DNA of 64,000 bases from the NCBI GenBank assembly GCA_963807605.1, contig CAWECG010000004.1:256001-320000 (forward strand), read 5' to 3'. Shown here piece by piece: positions 9,809 to 18,188 of the stretch. The DNA comes from Candidatus Bathyarchaeota archaeon (GTDB taxonomy: Archaea > Thermoproteota > Bathyarchaeia > 40CM-2-53-6 > RBG-13-38-9). Positions within the stretch are counted from its first letter, which is position 1. Every line of letters begins with the position of its first letter. The position numbers and the translations under genes were made by a program. The notes under the pieces are model-generated. The model was not told where the DNA came from, ran no database searches, and saw only the letters and a program-made list of their open reading frames with translations.

Positions 9809-10468
9809 CTACTTAGGGTTTAAGGCGTTATAAAGGATCTTTACTGCGTCGCTAATACCGACTCCCCTCAGGCGTCTCTTGAAGTACAGGGTCTTTATTG
9901 GGACAGCGATTATTCGAAGTTCTTTCTTAGATGAGACAATCAGCATCTCAGAGGCCCAACGGTAGTCTATTGATCCGTGCTTGGCTATCTCGGCAACCTT
10001 ACGGGAAAACGCACGAAACCCCGACTGTGAGTCGTCAATCTTAGTCCCGCAAGCTAGTGAAGTTGCGATTGACAGGGCTTCATTACCGATCCTCTTGTAG
10101 AACGGCATCGCCGAGCTGCCCTTCAACATTCTCGAGCCGATGACTATGTCTGCCTTTTCGTCCAGTAAAGGCGCAATTACCGATGGGATGTCGGTTGGAT
10201 CATGCTGCCCGTCTCCATCAAGGGTCACAATGATGTCGGCGCCGTTGCGTAAAGCCAGAGATAATCCAGTTGAGAGAGCAGCCCCCACACCTAGCCTAGT
10301 TACGTGCCTAGCTACTCTTCCTCCCGCGTCTCTGGCGTTTTTTGCTGTTTTGTCATTACTTCCATCGTCTACAACTAGTACTAGATTACAGTGACTCCTA
10401 GCCTTCTCTACAACTGCTCCTATGGTTGATTCTTCATTGAAGGCTGGGATAACACAGACTACTCGCAC
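9809..10468 (-). CDS. glycosyltransferase family 2 (polyprenol-phosphate glycosyltransferase-like)
   Basis: IPAFNEE, VVDDGS, DGDGQHDP and DSQSGFRA motifs. Confidence 0.92.
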   Translation of the reverse strand: MRVVCVIPAFNEESTIGAVVEKARSHCNLVLVVDDGSNDKTAKNARDAGGRVARHVTRLGVGAALSTGLSLALRNGADIIVTLDGDGQHDPTDIPSVIAPLLDEKADIVIGSRMLKGSSAMPFYKRIGNEALSIATSLACGTKIDDSQSGFRAFSRKVAEIAKHGSIDYRWASEMLIVSSKKELRIIAVPIKTLYFKRRLRGVGISDAVKILYNALNPK

Positions 10469-10548
10469 TCAGAAGCACCGGTCTCTTATATTATCGAAAT
10501 AGTCGGAGGCAACGAGACCTTCGAAACACTCATTCCAGAAAAAGATTC

Positions 10549-10556
10549 CTATTTCT
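10549..10556. repeat. 8-bp target duplication/spacer CTATTTCT, copy 1 (others at 14456-14463 and 18483-18490)
   Basis: Identical 8-mer directly abutting terminal inverted repeats at all three positions. Confidence 0.9.
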
Positions 10557-10741
10557 GGCTTTGTCAAGTCTCCGTCGGTTCGGTTAGTTCTAGGCGGCTG
10601 TCAAAAGTCGTCGGCTACTGCAAGGTGAACTAGGTTTTGAATGACACAGAACTAGAACAGAAAATCGTACTACTTGAGAGAAGAATAAAAAGGCTGGAAA
10701 ACCGTTCCAAAGATGAGTTCATATTCCGAGCGTTTGTTGGA

Positions 10742-11623
10742 CTACTGTTCCTTCTCTTCTTGCTTCTCATTGCGTTTCGCTAGTTTCTTCTTGATTTGGT
10801 TGTAAAACTCTATATCCGAACCCCAGATCGAAGGAATGACTTGAAACAAAAGAAAGTAAGCCCCTATTCCTATGGCTCCAAGGGCAAACAATGGATTATA
10901 GACAACATCATTGATAATGAGATAAATCGGGTTTTGACTGGTTTCAACTGTGATCGAGACGGTTGTTGTGGCGAGATATCTTGTGACAAAGCTAGGACTT
11001 GTAGGTGTTAGTACATTCGCTGATACGTGGTCGCCCATCCCTATCGAGTCACTGATTGTGGGCTTGAACGCCATGTGATTGGGTATTTGATTCACGTCTT
11101 GTTGGTATATGAATTGGGCTGCATCTTTGGCATTTATAAAGTAGTCACCTGAAATGTCAGCCGTGAGTACAAAGAGAATCAGGGGAACTTCTATTTTTGA
11201 GTTGGCGTAGGTTAAGACGTTCTTTTCCAGTAGGACGTATTTGCCTAGAGTGGCGAATTGGTAGGGGAAGAGGTTGTTGAATGTATCATTGTAATCCATC
11301 ACAACATTTGGTCGGTTTGATTGAATTGTGGCAAATATCAACGCGACATGATCGGAGTTGTACGGCGAAGATTGTAGAACGACTACTTGGAAGGAATGTT
11401 GTACATCGTGGTATAGTGTAAGATTTTCCTTTATACTATCGAAATCTGGTCTGTTGATATAAGTTGAGTTCTTTAAGAGTTCGTTGTAGCTGTCTATTAG
11501 ATTGAGTACATATCCCACAGTTTTGTTGTGTTCTGGCAGCCTGTATTGAGCGAGGACTTTTCCTTGAATGCTAGAGAACATTAATAACACAAGGAATAAA
11601 GTGAGGATGGTTACTTTTCTCAA
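10742..11623 (-). CDS. hypothetical secreted, membrane-anchored protein (cargo)
   Basis: Signal-like N-terminus LRKVTILTLFLVLLMF from the TTG at 11623; C-terminal TM segment and charged tail. Confidence 0.6.
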   Translation of the reverse strand: MRKVTILTLFLVLLMFSSIQGKVLAQYRLPEHNKTVGYVLNLIDSYNELLKNSTYINRPDFDSIKENLTLYHDVQHSFQVVVLQSSPYNSDHVALIFATIQSNRPNVVMDYNDTFNNLFPYQFATLGKYVLLEKNVLTYANSKIEVPLILFVLTADISGDYFINAKDAAQFIYQQDVNQIPNHMAFKPTISDSIGMGDHVSANVLTPTSPSFVTRYLATTTVSITVETSQNPIYLIINDVVYNPLFALGAIGIGAYFLLFQVIPSIWGSDIEFYNQIKKKLAKRNEKQEEKEQ

Positions 11624-11633
11624 ACATGATTGA

Positions 11634-11783
11634 TCAGTCAACCAGATTCTTTCCCTTGAAATATTCCCCAAGCACAGCACGGACGGTTTCTGGAATAGTT
11701 TCTAGTTTACGTGATTTCCTTTCGATCTCTAGTGCCTTAACCATTTCGTCTGACATACTCACCATTATCTTTTGCATTGGCAT
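11634..11783 (-). CDS. ribbon-helix-helix (CopG-like) regulator, 49 aa
   Basis: Hand translation MPMQKIMVSMSDEMVKALEIERKSRKLETIPETVRAVLGEYFKGKNLVD*; clearly homologous to the N-terminus of 16412-16879. Below the ORF-track cutoff. Confidence 0.8.
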   Translation of the reverse strand: MPMQKIMVSMSDEMVKALEIERKSRKLETIPETVRAVLGEYFKGKNLVD

Positions 11784-11793
11784 ATCGATGACA

Positions 11794-11854
11794 CTACCAT
11801 TAGATACCTATAACAACCTTTATAAATCTGTTGCTACTAGATATCTAATGGTAG
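11794..11854. promoter_or_regulatory. divergent promoter/operator of unit 1
   Basis: Perfect 13-bp inverted repeat CTACCATTAGATA (11794-11806) / TATCTAATGGTAG (11842-11854) around the palindromic TATA box TTTATAAA (11819-11826). Confidence 0.75.
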
Positions 11855-11864
11855 CGATTGGAAT

Positions 11865-13016
11865 ATGCGAACCGAGAAGCCTGTTGATGAAGGTCGTTTG
11901 ATGAGAGGACAACAAATAGCGAAGCTAGATCATCAAATCAAACGGCTAGATGACAAAACCTACCAAGTCAACTCACAGTCAGGTCACGGCTTATACACAG
12001 TGGTTAAGGGTTATCGTGATTGGCGTTGCAGTTGCCCCGACCACATGTACCGAGAATTGAAGTGCAAGCATATTTGGGCAATCGAGTTTAGCCTCAAATT
12101 AAGGGATAGGGTAAGAGAAAACGTTGTAATTCAACCTGTCACAATTAACACATGTCTGTACTGTCAATCCAAGGACATAATCAGAGATGGCTTACGACAT
12201 AACAAGTGTGGAGACATTCAGGTTTTCAACTGTAAATCTTGTGGTCGATACTTCACATTAAACCTCGGCTTCGAGCACATGAAACATAATCCGCATGGAA
12301 TCACAACAGCCATGCAACTGTACTTCTCAGGGGAGAGCCTCCGCAACACAGCTAGGTCGCTACGCTTGATGGGAGTTCAGGTTAGCTATCAGACTGTATG
12401 GAATTGGATTCAGAAGTACACGACTCTGATGGAGAAGTATCTGGACAAGATCACGCCTCAAGTTTCTGAGGTTTGGCGAGCAGATGAACTCTACGTGAAG
12501 ATTCGAGGCAATATGAAGTATGTCTTTGCCATGATGGATGATGAGACACGCTTCTGGATAGCTCAGGAAGTTGCGAGTAGCAAGGAAGCGCATGATGCAA
12601 GAAACTTATTCCAGATGGCTAGGGAGAGAGTGGGAAAGAAGCCTCAGATTCTAGTAACAGACGGCTTACGCTCTTATCATGATGCTTGGTTGAAAGAGTA
12701 CCGAACCAATAGGTTAGCTGATAGTACCATTCACATCCACAATATCACACTTGAAGGAACCCACCATAACAACAAGATGGAACGCTTCAACGGCGAAGTC
12801 AGAGACAGAGAGAAAGTTATGCGAGGACTGAAGAAACCTGATACGCCGATTCTGAAGGGTTATCAGATATTCCATAACTACGTAAGACCGCATGAAGGAT
12901 TAGAAGGTAAGACCCCTGCCGATGTGGCGGGAATCAAGGTTGAGGGAGAAAACAAGTGGGTCACACTAATCCAAAACGCAAGTCGTCTCCCGAAGGTTGA
13001 CAGCAGAAGCCCCTAG
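11865..13016 (+). CDS. IS6-like DDE transposase with N-terminal SWIM and C4 Zn-ribbon domains
   Basis: CSCPDH..CKH (SWIM), CxxC..CxxC, HTH region, WRADELY / VTDGL / NNKMER catalytic triad, HNYVRPHEGL.GKTPA tail. Confidence 0.92.
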   Translation: MRTEKPVDEGRLMRGQQIAKLDHQIKRLDDKTYQVNSQSGHGLYTVVKGYRDWRCSCPDHMYRELKCKHIWAIEFSLKLRDRVRENVVIQPVTINTCLYCQSKDIIRDGLRHNKCGDIQVFNCKSCGRYFTLNLGFEHMKHNPHGITTAMQLYFSGESLRNTARSLRLMGVQVSYQTVWNWIQKYTTLMEKYLDKITPQVSEVWRADELYVKIRGNMKYVFAMMDDETRFWIAQEVASSKEAHDARNLFQMARERVGKKPQILVTDGLRSYHDAWLKEYRTNRLADSTIHIHNITLEGTHHNNKMERFNGEVRDREKVMRGLKKPDTPILKGYQIFHNYVRPHEGLEGKTPADVAGIKVEGENKWVTLIQNASRLPKVDSRSP

Positions 13017-13107
13017 ATCATCTAGTTGAAGGAACCAGAATTCCCACTAGATTCTAGAAAGAACATACTGTGAAAACTTAAAATCTTGGGACTTTAATCA
13101 TTTTTGA

Positions 13108-13383
13108 GTGATTTCTTTGGAACTTGCAAGGATGATCTATGATGTCATGAGGATACTAGATGAAGCTACGAAATTTGTTAACAAGAAGATCAGCGACTCA
13201 AGAGACGATCATGAAAGACAATGCTACGAGGATTATAGGAAGCACATAAGGGAACTTGGCACGTCTGTCTATACGTTGATAGGTAAGATGAGAATGGACA
13301 GAATACTAGATCCCAAAGAAGTGGAAATGCTGGAGCAGATGGGAGCAATGGGTCTCCAAATAGCGGAGGAGCCAATTGCATGA
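13108..13383 (+). CDS. hypothetical protein (cargo)
   Basis: 91-aa helical-looking ORF; ATGA overlap with the next gene. Confidence 0.55.
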   Translation: MISLELARMIYDVMRILDEATKFVNKKISDSRDDHERQCYEDYRKHIRELGTSVYTLIGKMRMDRILDPKEVEMLEQMGAMGLQIAEEPIA

Positions 13384-13604
13384 GTTCGACAGATAAATTC
13401 AAGAATGCTGTTGAAAATGCGAAGAATTTTCTTTCCGTGCAGGGAGGGTTCTATTCTACATTTCTCCAACTAAAGGAAGTTGTTGAATCTGACAACAAAT
13501 GGATCATAAAATTCGACTATACTGCGTTTACTGAAACAGCAGTACTTCAAGTAGATGTTGACATGGAAAAGGGAGAAATAGTCGGTTTCAGGCGTGTAGG
13601 ATAA
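13380..13604 (+). CDS. small hypothetical protein, PepSY-like pattern (cargo)
   Basis: AVENAKNFL...WIIKF...VDVDMEKGEIV pattern. Confidence 0.55.
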   Translation: MSSTDKFKNAVENAKNFLSVQGGFYSTFLQLKEVVESDNKWIIKFDYTAFTETAVLQVDVDMEKGEIVGFRRVG

Positions 13605-13672
13605 TCATTGAAGAGCGGGAGTAACACTGACTAGCCAGAGGGCGTGTTGAGACAGCTCTATTGTGATGAAGA

Positions 13673-14218
13673 ATGTCCGAGTCGAATGCAGCCATAGCTG
13701 GTGCAGTTGTTGGTGGCATTATCGCCATATGTGGAAGCGTTGTATTCTATTTCGTAACTCATAGAGCCGAGTATAGGGAACTTAAAGACCGTTCGCTAAA
13801 AGACCTGATTGCAGAACTTAAGCAGAACAAACGGTATCAACTCAGAAATCATTACATTGACCTAGAAGACAGTGCGTACAAACGACTTAGAGAAGGCGGA
13901 TTTTTTCATACGTTTTCCAATGATTTGCAAAGCGACTTACAGGAACTCTATGCTTTCATTCACGAAAAAAACGGATTGATTGCTTACTACAATAGTGTTG
14001 GTGCAATTGGCTTGGCAGAGTCAAAAAATCTGAGCGCAAACTTTCTTCCACCGTGGAACGCTGCGCAGAGTAAGGCGCTTGGCGACATTTTAGGCATCAT
14101 CAAAAGTAAAGAAGAAAAAATCGCCTCGTTGATTGATAAAATCCTTCCCGCCCTTAGAAATCTGCTTAGAGACCCAATCACTAGCAAAGAGACCCAATCC
14201 CAATCACTAGCAAACTAA
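13673..14218 (+). CDS. hypothetical protein with N-terminal TM segment (cargo)
   Basis: AIAGAVVGGIIAICGSVVFYF followed by a helical soluble region. Confidence 0.6.
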   Translation: MSESNAAIAGAVVGGIIAICGSVVFYFVTHRAEYRELKDRSLKDLIAELKQNKRYQLRNHYIDLEDSAYKRLREGGFFHTFSNDLQSDLQELYAFIHEKNGLIAYYNSVGAIGLAESKNLSANFLPPWNAAQSKALGDILGIIKSKEEKIASLIDKILPALRNLLRDPITSKETQSQSLAN

Positions 14219-14233
14219 CTTCTACAACTCGGC

Positions 14234-14355
14234 AACTTAACAGAACCCTCATTTGTATTTTTTCGCGTCCCGCCACTTGACACCCTAACTCTCATTCAGA
14301 GCGCAAGTCCCAACACGTAACAGGGAGAAGCATGTCCTATGAACGTAACAGAACC
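14234..14355 (-). repeat. nested internal IS-end motifs inside unit 1
   Basis: AACTTAACAGAACC (14234-14247), GTCCCGCCACTTGACACCCT (~14267-14286), GTCCCAACACGTAACAG (~14307-14323) and AACGTAACAGAACC (14342-14355), all in right-end orientation. Confidence 0.75.
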
Positions 14356-14455
14356 CGTTGCTGAATACCAACTTCTCAAGGCATTAACTGAGCCAAACCG
14401 ATGAAAGTTGACAACAAGGAGAAACTAAGGCAACCGACGCAGACTTGACAGAACC

Positions 14456-14463
14456 CTATTTCT
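14456..14463. repeat. CTATTTCT spacer, copy 2 (unit 1 / unit 2 junction)
   Basis: Junction reads TTGACAGAACC-CTATTTCT-GGTTCTGTTAA. Confidence 0.9.
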
Positions 14464-14737
14464 GGTTCTGTTAAGTTGAAGGCTCATTCATTGTCTTTGT
14501 TTAGGTTTTCTAGGCTGTTAACCGTCAGCCCTTTTCGTTATCCCAGTTGGAGGTGTCATTCCAGCGGTGTCATATATGCGTACTAGGAGACCTCTTACTT
14601 TTCGTCAAATACTTGCCTTGATCGGAGGTAGCTTAATTCTTGGAAGTATTACGGTAGTCCTTTTTGTGTCCAACCACATTGCTGCGACATACTTCATGGC
14701 GTACAATACCACAGCGTACGGTGTGATATTACTAGAT

Positions 14738-15166
14738 CTATTCAAGGAGAAGCCTGAGAATCATAACCGACACAATGAGAGTTAGAATAATGCCCGCTAC
14801 CCTCACAACTGCGTCAAGAAGTGGCGAGACAGCAAGAGGAGGAAATAGGTATTCACAGACATAATCTAACATAAGGCCAGGGATAATCCCCACTTGGAAT
14901 GCAATTCCGGCAATGAATGCGATTCGCGCCCCGTTAGTACACTCCCTAGCAACTGATGAGGGTATCCAATCATCTGAAACTCCAAGTGCCATCAGCAAGA
15001 CATACGCACTCCAATATGCCATCAAGAAAGCTACCAGAGATCTAAGATGTAGCCCGCCAAATAAAGTAACATCGAAGAGATCCCGGATTGCTAATAGCGT
15101 TCCAAGAACACCGAGTACGAATATGCCTCGAATTTCCTCTCTAACAAGTTGGGAGTTTTCTTTCAT
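14738..15166 (-). CDS. hypothetical multi-pass membrane protein (cargo)
   Basis: About four hydrophobic segments; co-oriented with and directly downstream of transposase 2. Confidence 0.55.
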   Translation of the reverse strand: MKENSQLVREEIRGIFVLGVLGTLLAIRDLFDVTLFGGLHLRSLVAFLMAYWSAYVLLMALGVSDDWIPSSVARECTNGARIAFIAGIAFQVGIIPGLMLDYVCEYLFPPLAVSPLLDAVVRVAGIILTLIVSVMILRLLLE

Positions 15167-15195
15167 GAATAATTGTTACGCAATCGGAAGGTATT

Positions 15196-16323
15196 TCATT
15201 GTTTGCTTGCGTTCTGGATTATTGTCAGCCACTTGTTCTGTCCTTTGATTTCTATTCCCGCTGCTTCTGCTGGCGTTTTGCCGTCTAACCCTTCATGTGG
15301 ACGAACATAGTTATGGTAGATTTGATAACCTTTGAGAATTGGTGTATCTACGTTCTTCAGGCCCCGCATGACCTTCTCTCTGTCTCTGATTTCACCGTTG
15401 AGCCGTTCCATCTTATTGTTGTGGTGTGTGCCAGCTAACGTAGTGTGGCTAATATGGGTCGTACTAGTCTCTAGCTGGTTAGTTCTGAATTCCTTCATGT
15501 AGGCTTCATGGTAAGATCGTAAACCGTCAGTTATGAGAATCTTGGGCTTCTTCTCCGTCACTTCTTTACCAATCTGGAATAGGTGCCTCACATCATGTGC
15601 ATATTTTGAATCAGCCACTTCCTGAGCAATCAGGAATCTTGTTTGGTCGTCCATCAGCGCGAATAGGTATTTCATGTTGCCCTTGATTTTAATGTACAAC
15701 TCATCAGATCGCCAAGTGCCTGAAACTTGTGGTGTTATCTTGTCTAGGTACTTCTCCATCAGACCCGTGTATTTCTCTATCCACTTGTAGACAGCAACAT
15801 GCGAAACCTGAACACCTTGAAGCCTCAAGAATTTCTGAACATTCCGTAGTGATTCTCCTGTGAAATATAGTTGCATGGCTGAAGTGATCGTTTGTGGAGT
15901 AGCTTTCATTCGTTCAAAGCCCAAATTGATCACAAACCACTTTCCACAGTCCTTGCACATGTACCGTTGAATGTTTCCACTTAGGTTATGGCGTAACCCA
16001 TGTCTCACGATATTCTGAGAGGCACAAGAGATGCAGACTTGTGTGTCGAGAGGTTTGATTACTACTTGGTTGCTGACTTCGGCTCGTAGTGCTTGCGAGA
16101 ATTCGACAGCCCAAATATGCTTACACTTAACCTCACGATAGATATGGTCGGGGCAACTGCAATCCCAACCTCGACCACGCTTAACAACTGAGTAGAATCC
16201 TTGACCTGATTGTGAGGTTACTTGGTAGGTCTTCTCATCTAGACGTTTCACTTGATTCCCAATTTTGACTATTGCTTGAGCCTTCATTACGCGGCTTTCG
16301 GATAGGGGTTGTTCGGTTCTCAT
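15196..16323 (-). CDS. IS6-like DDE transposase with SWIM and Zn-ribbon domains, second diverged copy
   Basis: Colinear with 11865-13016 (roughly two-thirds identical by eye); WRSDELY / ITDGL / NNKMER intact. Confidence 0.92.
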   Translation of the reverse strand: MRTEQPLSESRVMKAQAIVKIGNQVKRLDEKTYQVTSQSGQGFYSVVKRGRGWDCSCPDHIYREVKCKHIWAVEFSQALRAEVSNQVVIKPLDTQVCISCASQNIVRHGLRHNLSGNIQRYMCKDCGKWFVINLGFERMKATPQTITSAMQLYFTGESLRNVQKFLRLQGVQVSHVAVYKWIEKYTGLMEKYLDKITPQVSGTWRSDELYIKIKGNMKYLFALMDDQTRFLIAQEVADSKYAHDVRHLFQIGKEVTEKKPKILITDGLRSYHEAYMKEFRTNQLETSTTHISHTTLAGTHHNNKMERLNGEIRDREKVMRGLKNVDTPILKGYQIYHNYVRPHEGLDGKTPAEAAGIEIKGQNKWLTIIQNASKQ

Positions 16324-16339
16324 GTGAATACATCTGTTG

Positions 16340-16402
16340 CTATTGATATCAATAGATACTACACAAGTTATTTATAAGAGTTGTGGCTATTGATATCAAT
16401 AG
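16340..16402. promoter_or_regulatory. divergent promoter/operator of unit 2
   Basis: Two identical 16-bp palindromes CTATTGATATCAATAG (16340-16355, 16387-16402) flanking TTTATAAG (16371-16378). Confidence 0.8.
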
Positions 16403-16411
16403 GTATCGAAC

Positions 16412-16879
16412 TTGGGTATGAAGCGATTCATGCTCTCAATAACTGAAGAAATGGAGAACGCACTTGACAGAGAGCGAGAGAAGCGGATGCTTGGATCGAT
16501 ACCAGAGACGGCAAGAGTAATTCTAGGTGAGTATTTGACAAAGGTTGATCCACTAACTCCAATGGTAATCGGTGATTTCTACTTCGAATTTGGAGAAATC
16601 GAGGATGTAATGAGAGTAGCTGCATTCGTAACCCCCAACAAGCCAAACATCCTATCAAAGCCGATTCCAAATGAAACTACGCGTATAAACAGACTGAAGA
16701 AATTGTTCAGTGATCTCGCAAGACTACAACCGTACAAAGTAGAAACTGGGCAAGTGGAGATGATATTGGCTCAAGGAACGCAAGTGGATGTTCCAGCAAT
16801 CAGAGCCAACCTCTCAAAAAAAGACAAAACGGAAATGACAATGAAAGAAGTTGTAGACCTAATTGGAAAACATCTCTAA
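16412..16879 (+). CDS. RHH-domain regulator fused to an unknown C-terminal domain
   Basis: MKRFMLSITEEMENALDREREKRMLGSIPETARVILGEY aligns with the unit-1 RHH; about 110 extra residues follow. Confidence 0.75.
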   Translation: MGMKRFMLSITEEMENALDREREKRMLGSIPETARVILGEYLTKVDPLTPMVIGDFYFEFGEIEDVMRVAAFVTPNKPNILSKPIPNETTRINRLKKLFSDLARLQPYKVETGQVEMILAQGTQVDVPAIRANLSKKDKTEMTMKEVVDLIGKHL

Positions 16880-17327
16880 GAGGCAATGCCTTGCCAACAA
16901 AGCGAGAGAACGAAGGCGCTATGCTTAAAGATCATATCCAGAATGTTTACCCATGTCACACAGGATTGTGTGACAAAGTAACAAAGAAGAAATATGACTG
17001 TCAAGAGATGTCCATGCGACGGAAGTCCATTGTCTTTCAAAGTTTACTGCCCGCAGTGTGGACACGACCATTTGCTCTAGCAAATTCCCCTATTCTTCTC
17101 GTGAGTGGTCTGCCCTCCTCACCCAGTCTGATCTGAATGCAGGTGAAGCAGGAATGGTATGAAGTCAGTGGCGGACTTACACCAATTCTGTTGCACAACA
17201 TGATTTAGACGAATGGGGCGTCTACGAACTGATTTCGCCATAACGAGACGATATAGCGCACGCTAGAGCCGAAGACGCAAACGATTAAATATGGATTAGA
17301 AAAAAACAATTCTAACGGCTTTATTCT

Positions 17328-18188
17328 ATGCTACAACGGAGTCACAATGATGTTGTACGGAGTCACAATGATGTTGTACGGAGTCACAATGATGTTGTAC
17401 GGAGTCACAATGATGTTATACGTAATTTGCTTGTGTTATTTCTGATTGTATTGCTCCTCCCAATTATTGTAAATCCTGCTCACCCGGATTCGCAGTATAT
17501 TCTTCATGTTCAGACGCCTATCGGCGAGTTCGTTACCATATCTTATAGTGGAGACTATGTCGGCTCCAACAGCACACCTTTCACTATCGGCCCTAAATCC
17601 GCCCCTTTCACTGTAACATTGACGGCTCCCTCAAAATACGTCGATCAGGTGTTGGAGGGTTGGATTCTTGATGGTGTGAGTATGGGAAATTCAAATACAT
17701 CAACAGTCACGGTAAACGAGAATCATAGCGAGAGGGTAGCTGCAGCTGGCTATGTTACTAATTTCGCGGTCGTTGAATGGGTTAGTTTTAGCAGCACTCC
17801 TATAATCGACGTTCCCATGAATTCGGGCGCGACTTACTATACCCCTTTTTACAGAACGGGCGTCCCCTTGGGGGTACACGCTAGTGTAACTGCTCCTCTC
17901 ACCTACAGAGGTTACACTTTTAATGGCTGGCTCGCTGACGGGCTCTGGATTCCTACCCCATCAATAAGTCTCTATGCGATTGGCGTCAATGAATCTAGAT
18001 CGGCTACAGCGTACTATTCGCTTATCACACCACCAAGCGCCCAAACAAGACCGGTCGGCGGCGTCGTGGAACCCGTCAACAAACTCACACTTTTCACACC
18101 ATACTTGGCCGTCTTTGGAGTGGTCGCGGCTGTTGCAGTCGTCATCGTCACGGATAGGAAACGCAGAGAACTCACAAATAGTCAGTGA
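17328..18188 (+). CDS. secreted/surface protein with repeated beta-rich domains and C-terminal PVGG-TM anchor (cargo)
   Basis: Signal segment, two repeats of the type VTLTAP...F/LxGWxxDG, C-terminal PVGGVVEPVNKL-TM-RKRR. Confidence 0.7.
   Translation: MLQRSHNDVVRSHNDVVRSHNDVVRSHNDVIRNLLVLFLIVLLLPIIVNPAHPDSQYILHVQTPIGEFVTISYSGDYVGSNSTPFTIGPKSAPFTVTLTAPSKYVDQVLEGWILDGVSMGNSNTSTVTVNENHSERVAAAGYVTNFAVVEWVSFSSTPIIDVPMNSGATYYTPFYRTGVPLGVHASVTAPLTYRGYTFNGWLADGLWIPTPSISLYAIGVNESRSATAYYSLITPPSAQTRPVGGVVEPVNKLTLFTPYLAVFGVVAAVAVVIVTDRKRRELTNSQ
17336..17422 (+). repeat. 21-bp tandem repeat x4 (ACGGAGTCACAATGATGTTGT)
   Basis: Three perfect copies plus one with a single mismatch; encodes (RSHNDVV)n. Confidence 0.95.

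Larger units (their letters stand above)
10557..14455 (+). mobile_element. IS6-like cargo transposon, unit 1 (3899 bp)
   Basis: TIRs GGCTTTGTCAAGTCTCCGTCGGTT (10557-10580) and revcomp GGTTCTGTCAAGTCTGCGTCGGTT (14432-14455) match 21/24; flanked by CTATTTCT; encodes a DDE transposase. Confidence 0.9.

Noticed and set aside
11626-11901. 91-aa plus-strand ORF
   Set aside because: Antisense shadow of the RHH gene and promoter.
14234-14480. Repeated TTRACAGAACC motifs as CRISPR repeats or integron attC sites
   Set aside because: Spacing is irregular and the motifs degenerate; there is no tyrosine integrase; they match the transposon ends.
14567-14785. 72-aa hydrophobic ORF in unit 2
   Set aside because: It overlaps the convergent 14738-15166 ORF and starts in the end region; possible but unsupported.
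16891-17136. 81-aa ORF, and a 28-aa Cys-rich peptide at 16994-17080 (MTVKRCPCDGSPLSFKVYCPQCGHDHLL)
   Set aside because: Too short and featureless to choose a frame without homologs.
17336-17422. 21-bp repeats as a CRISPR array
   Set aside because: The copies are contiguous with no spacers, lie in frame in a CDS, and no cas genes are present.
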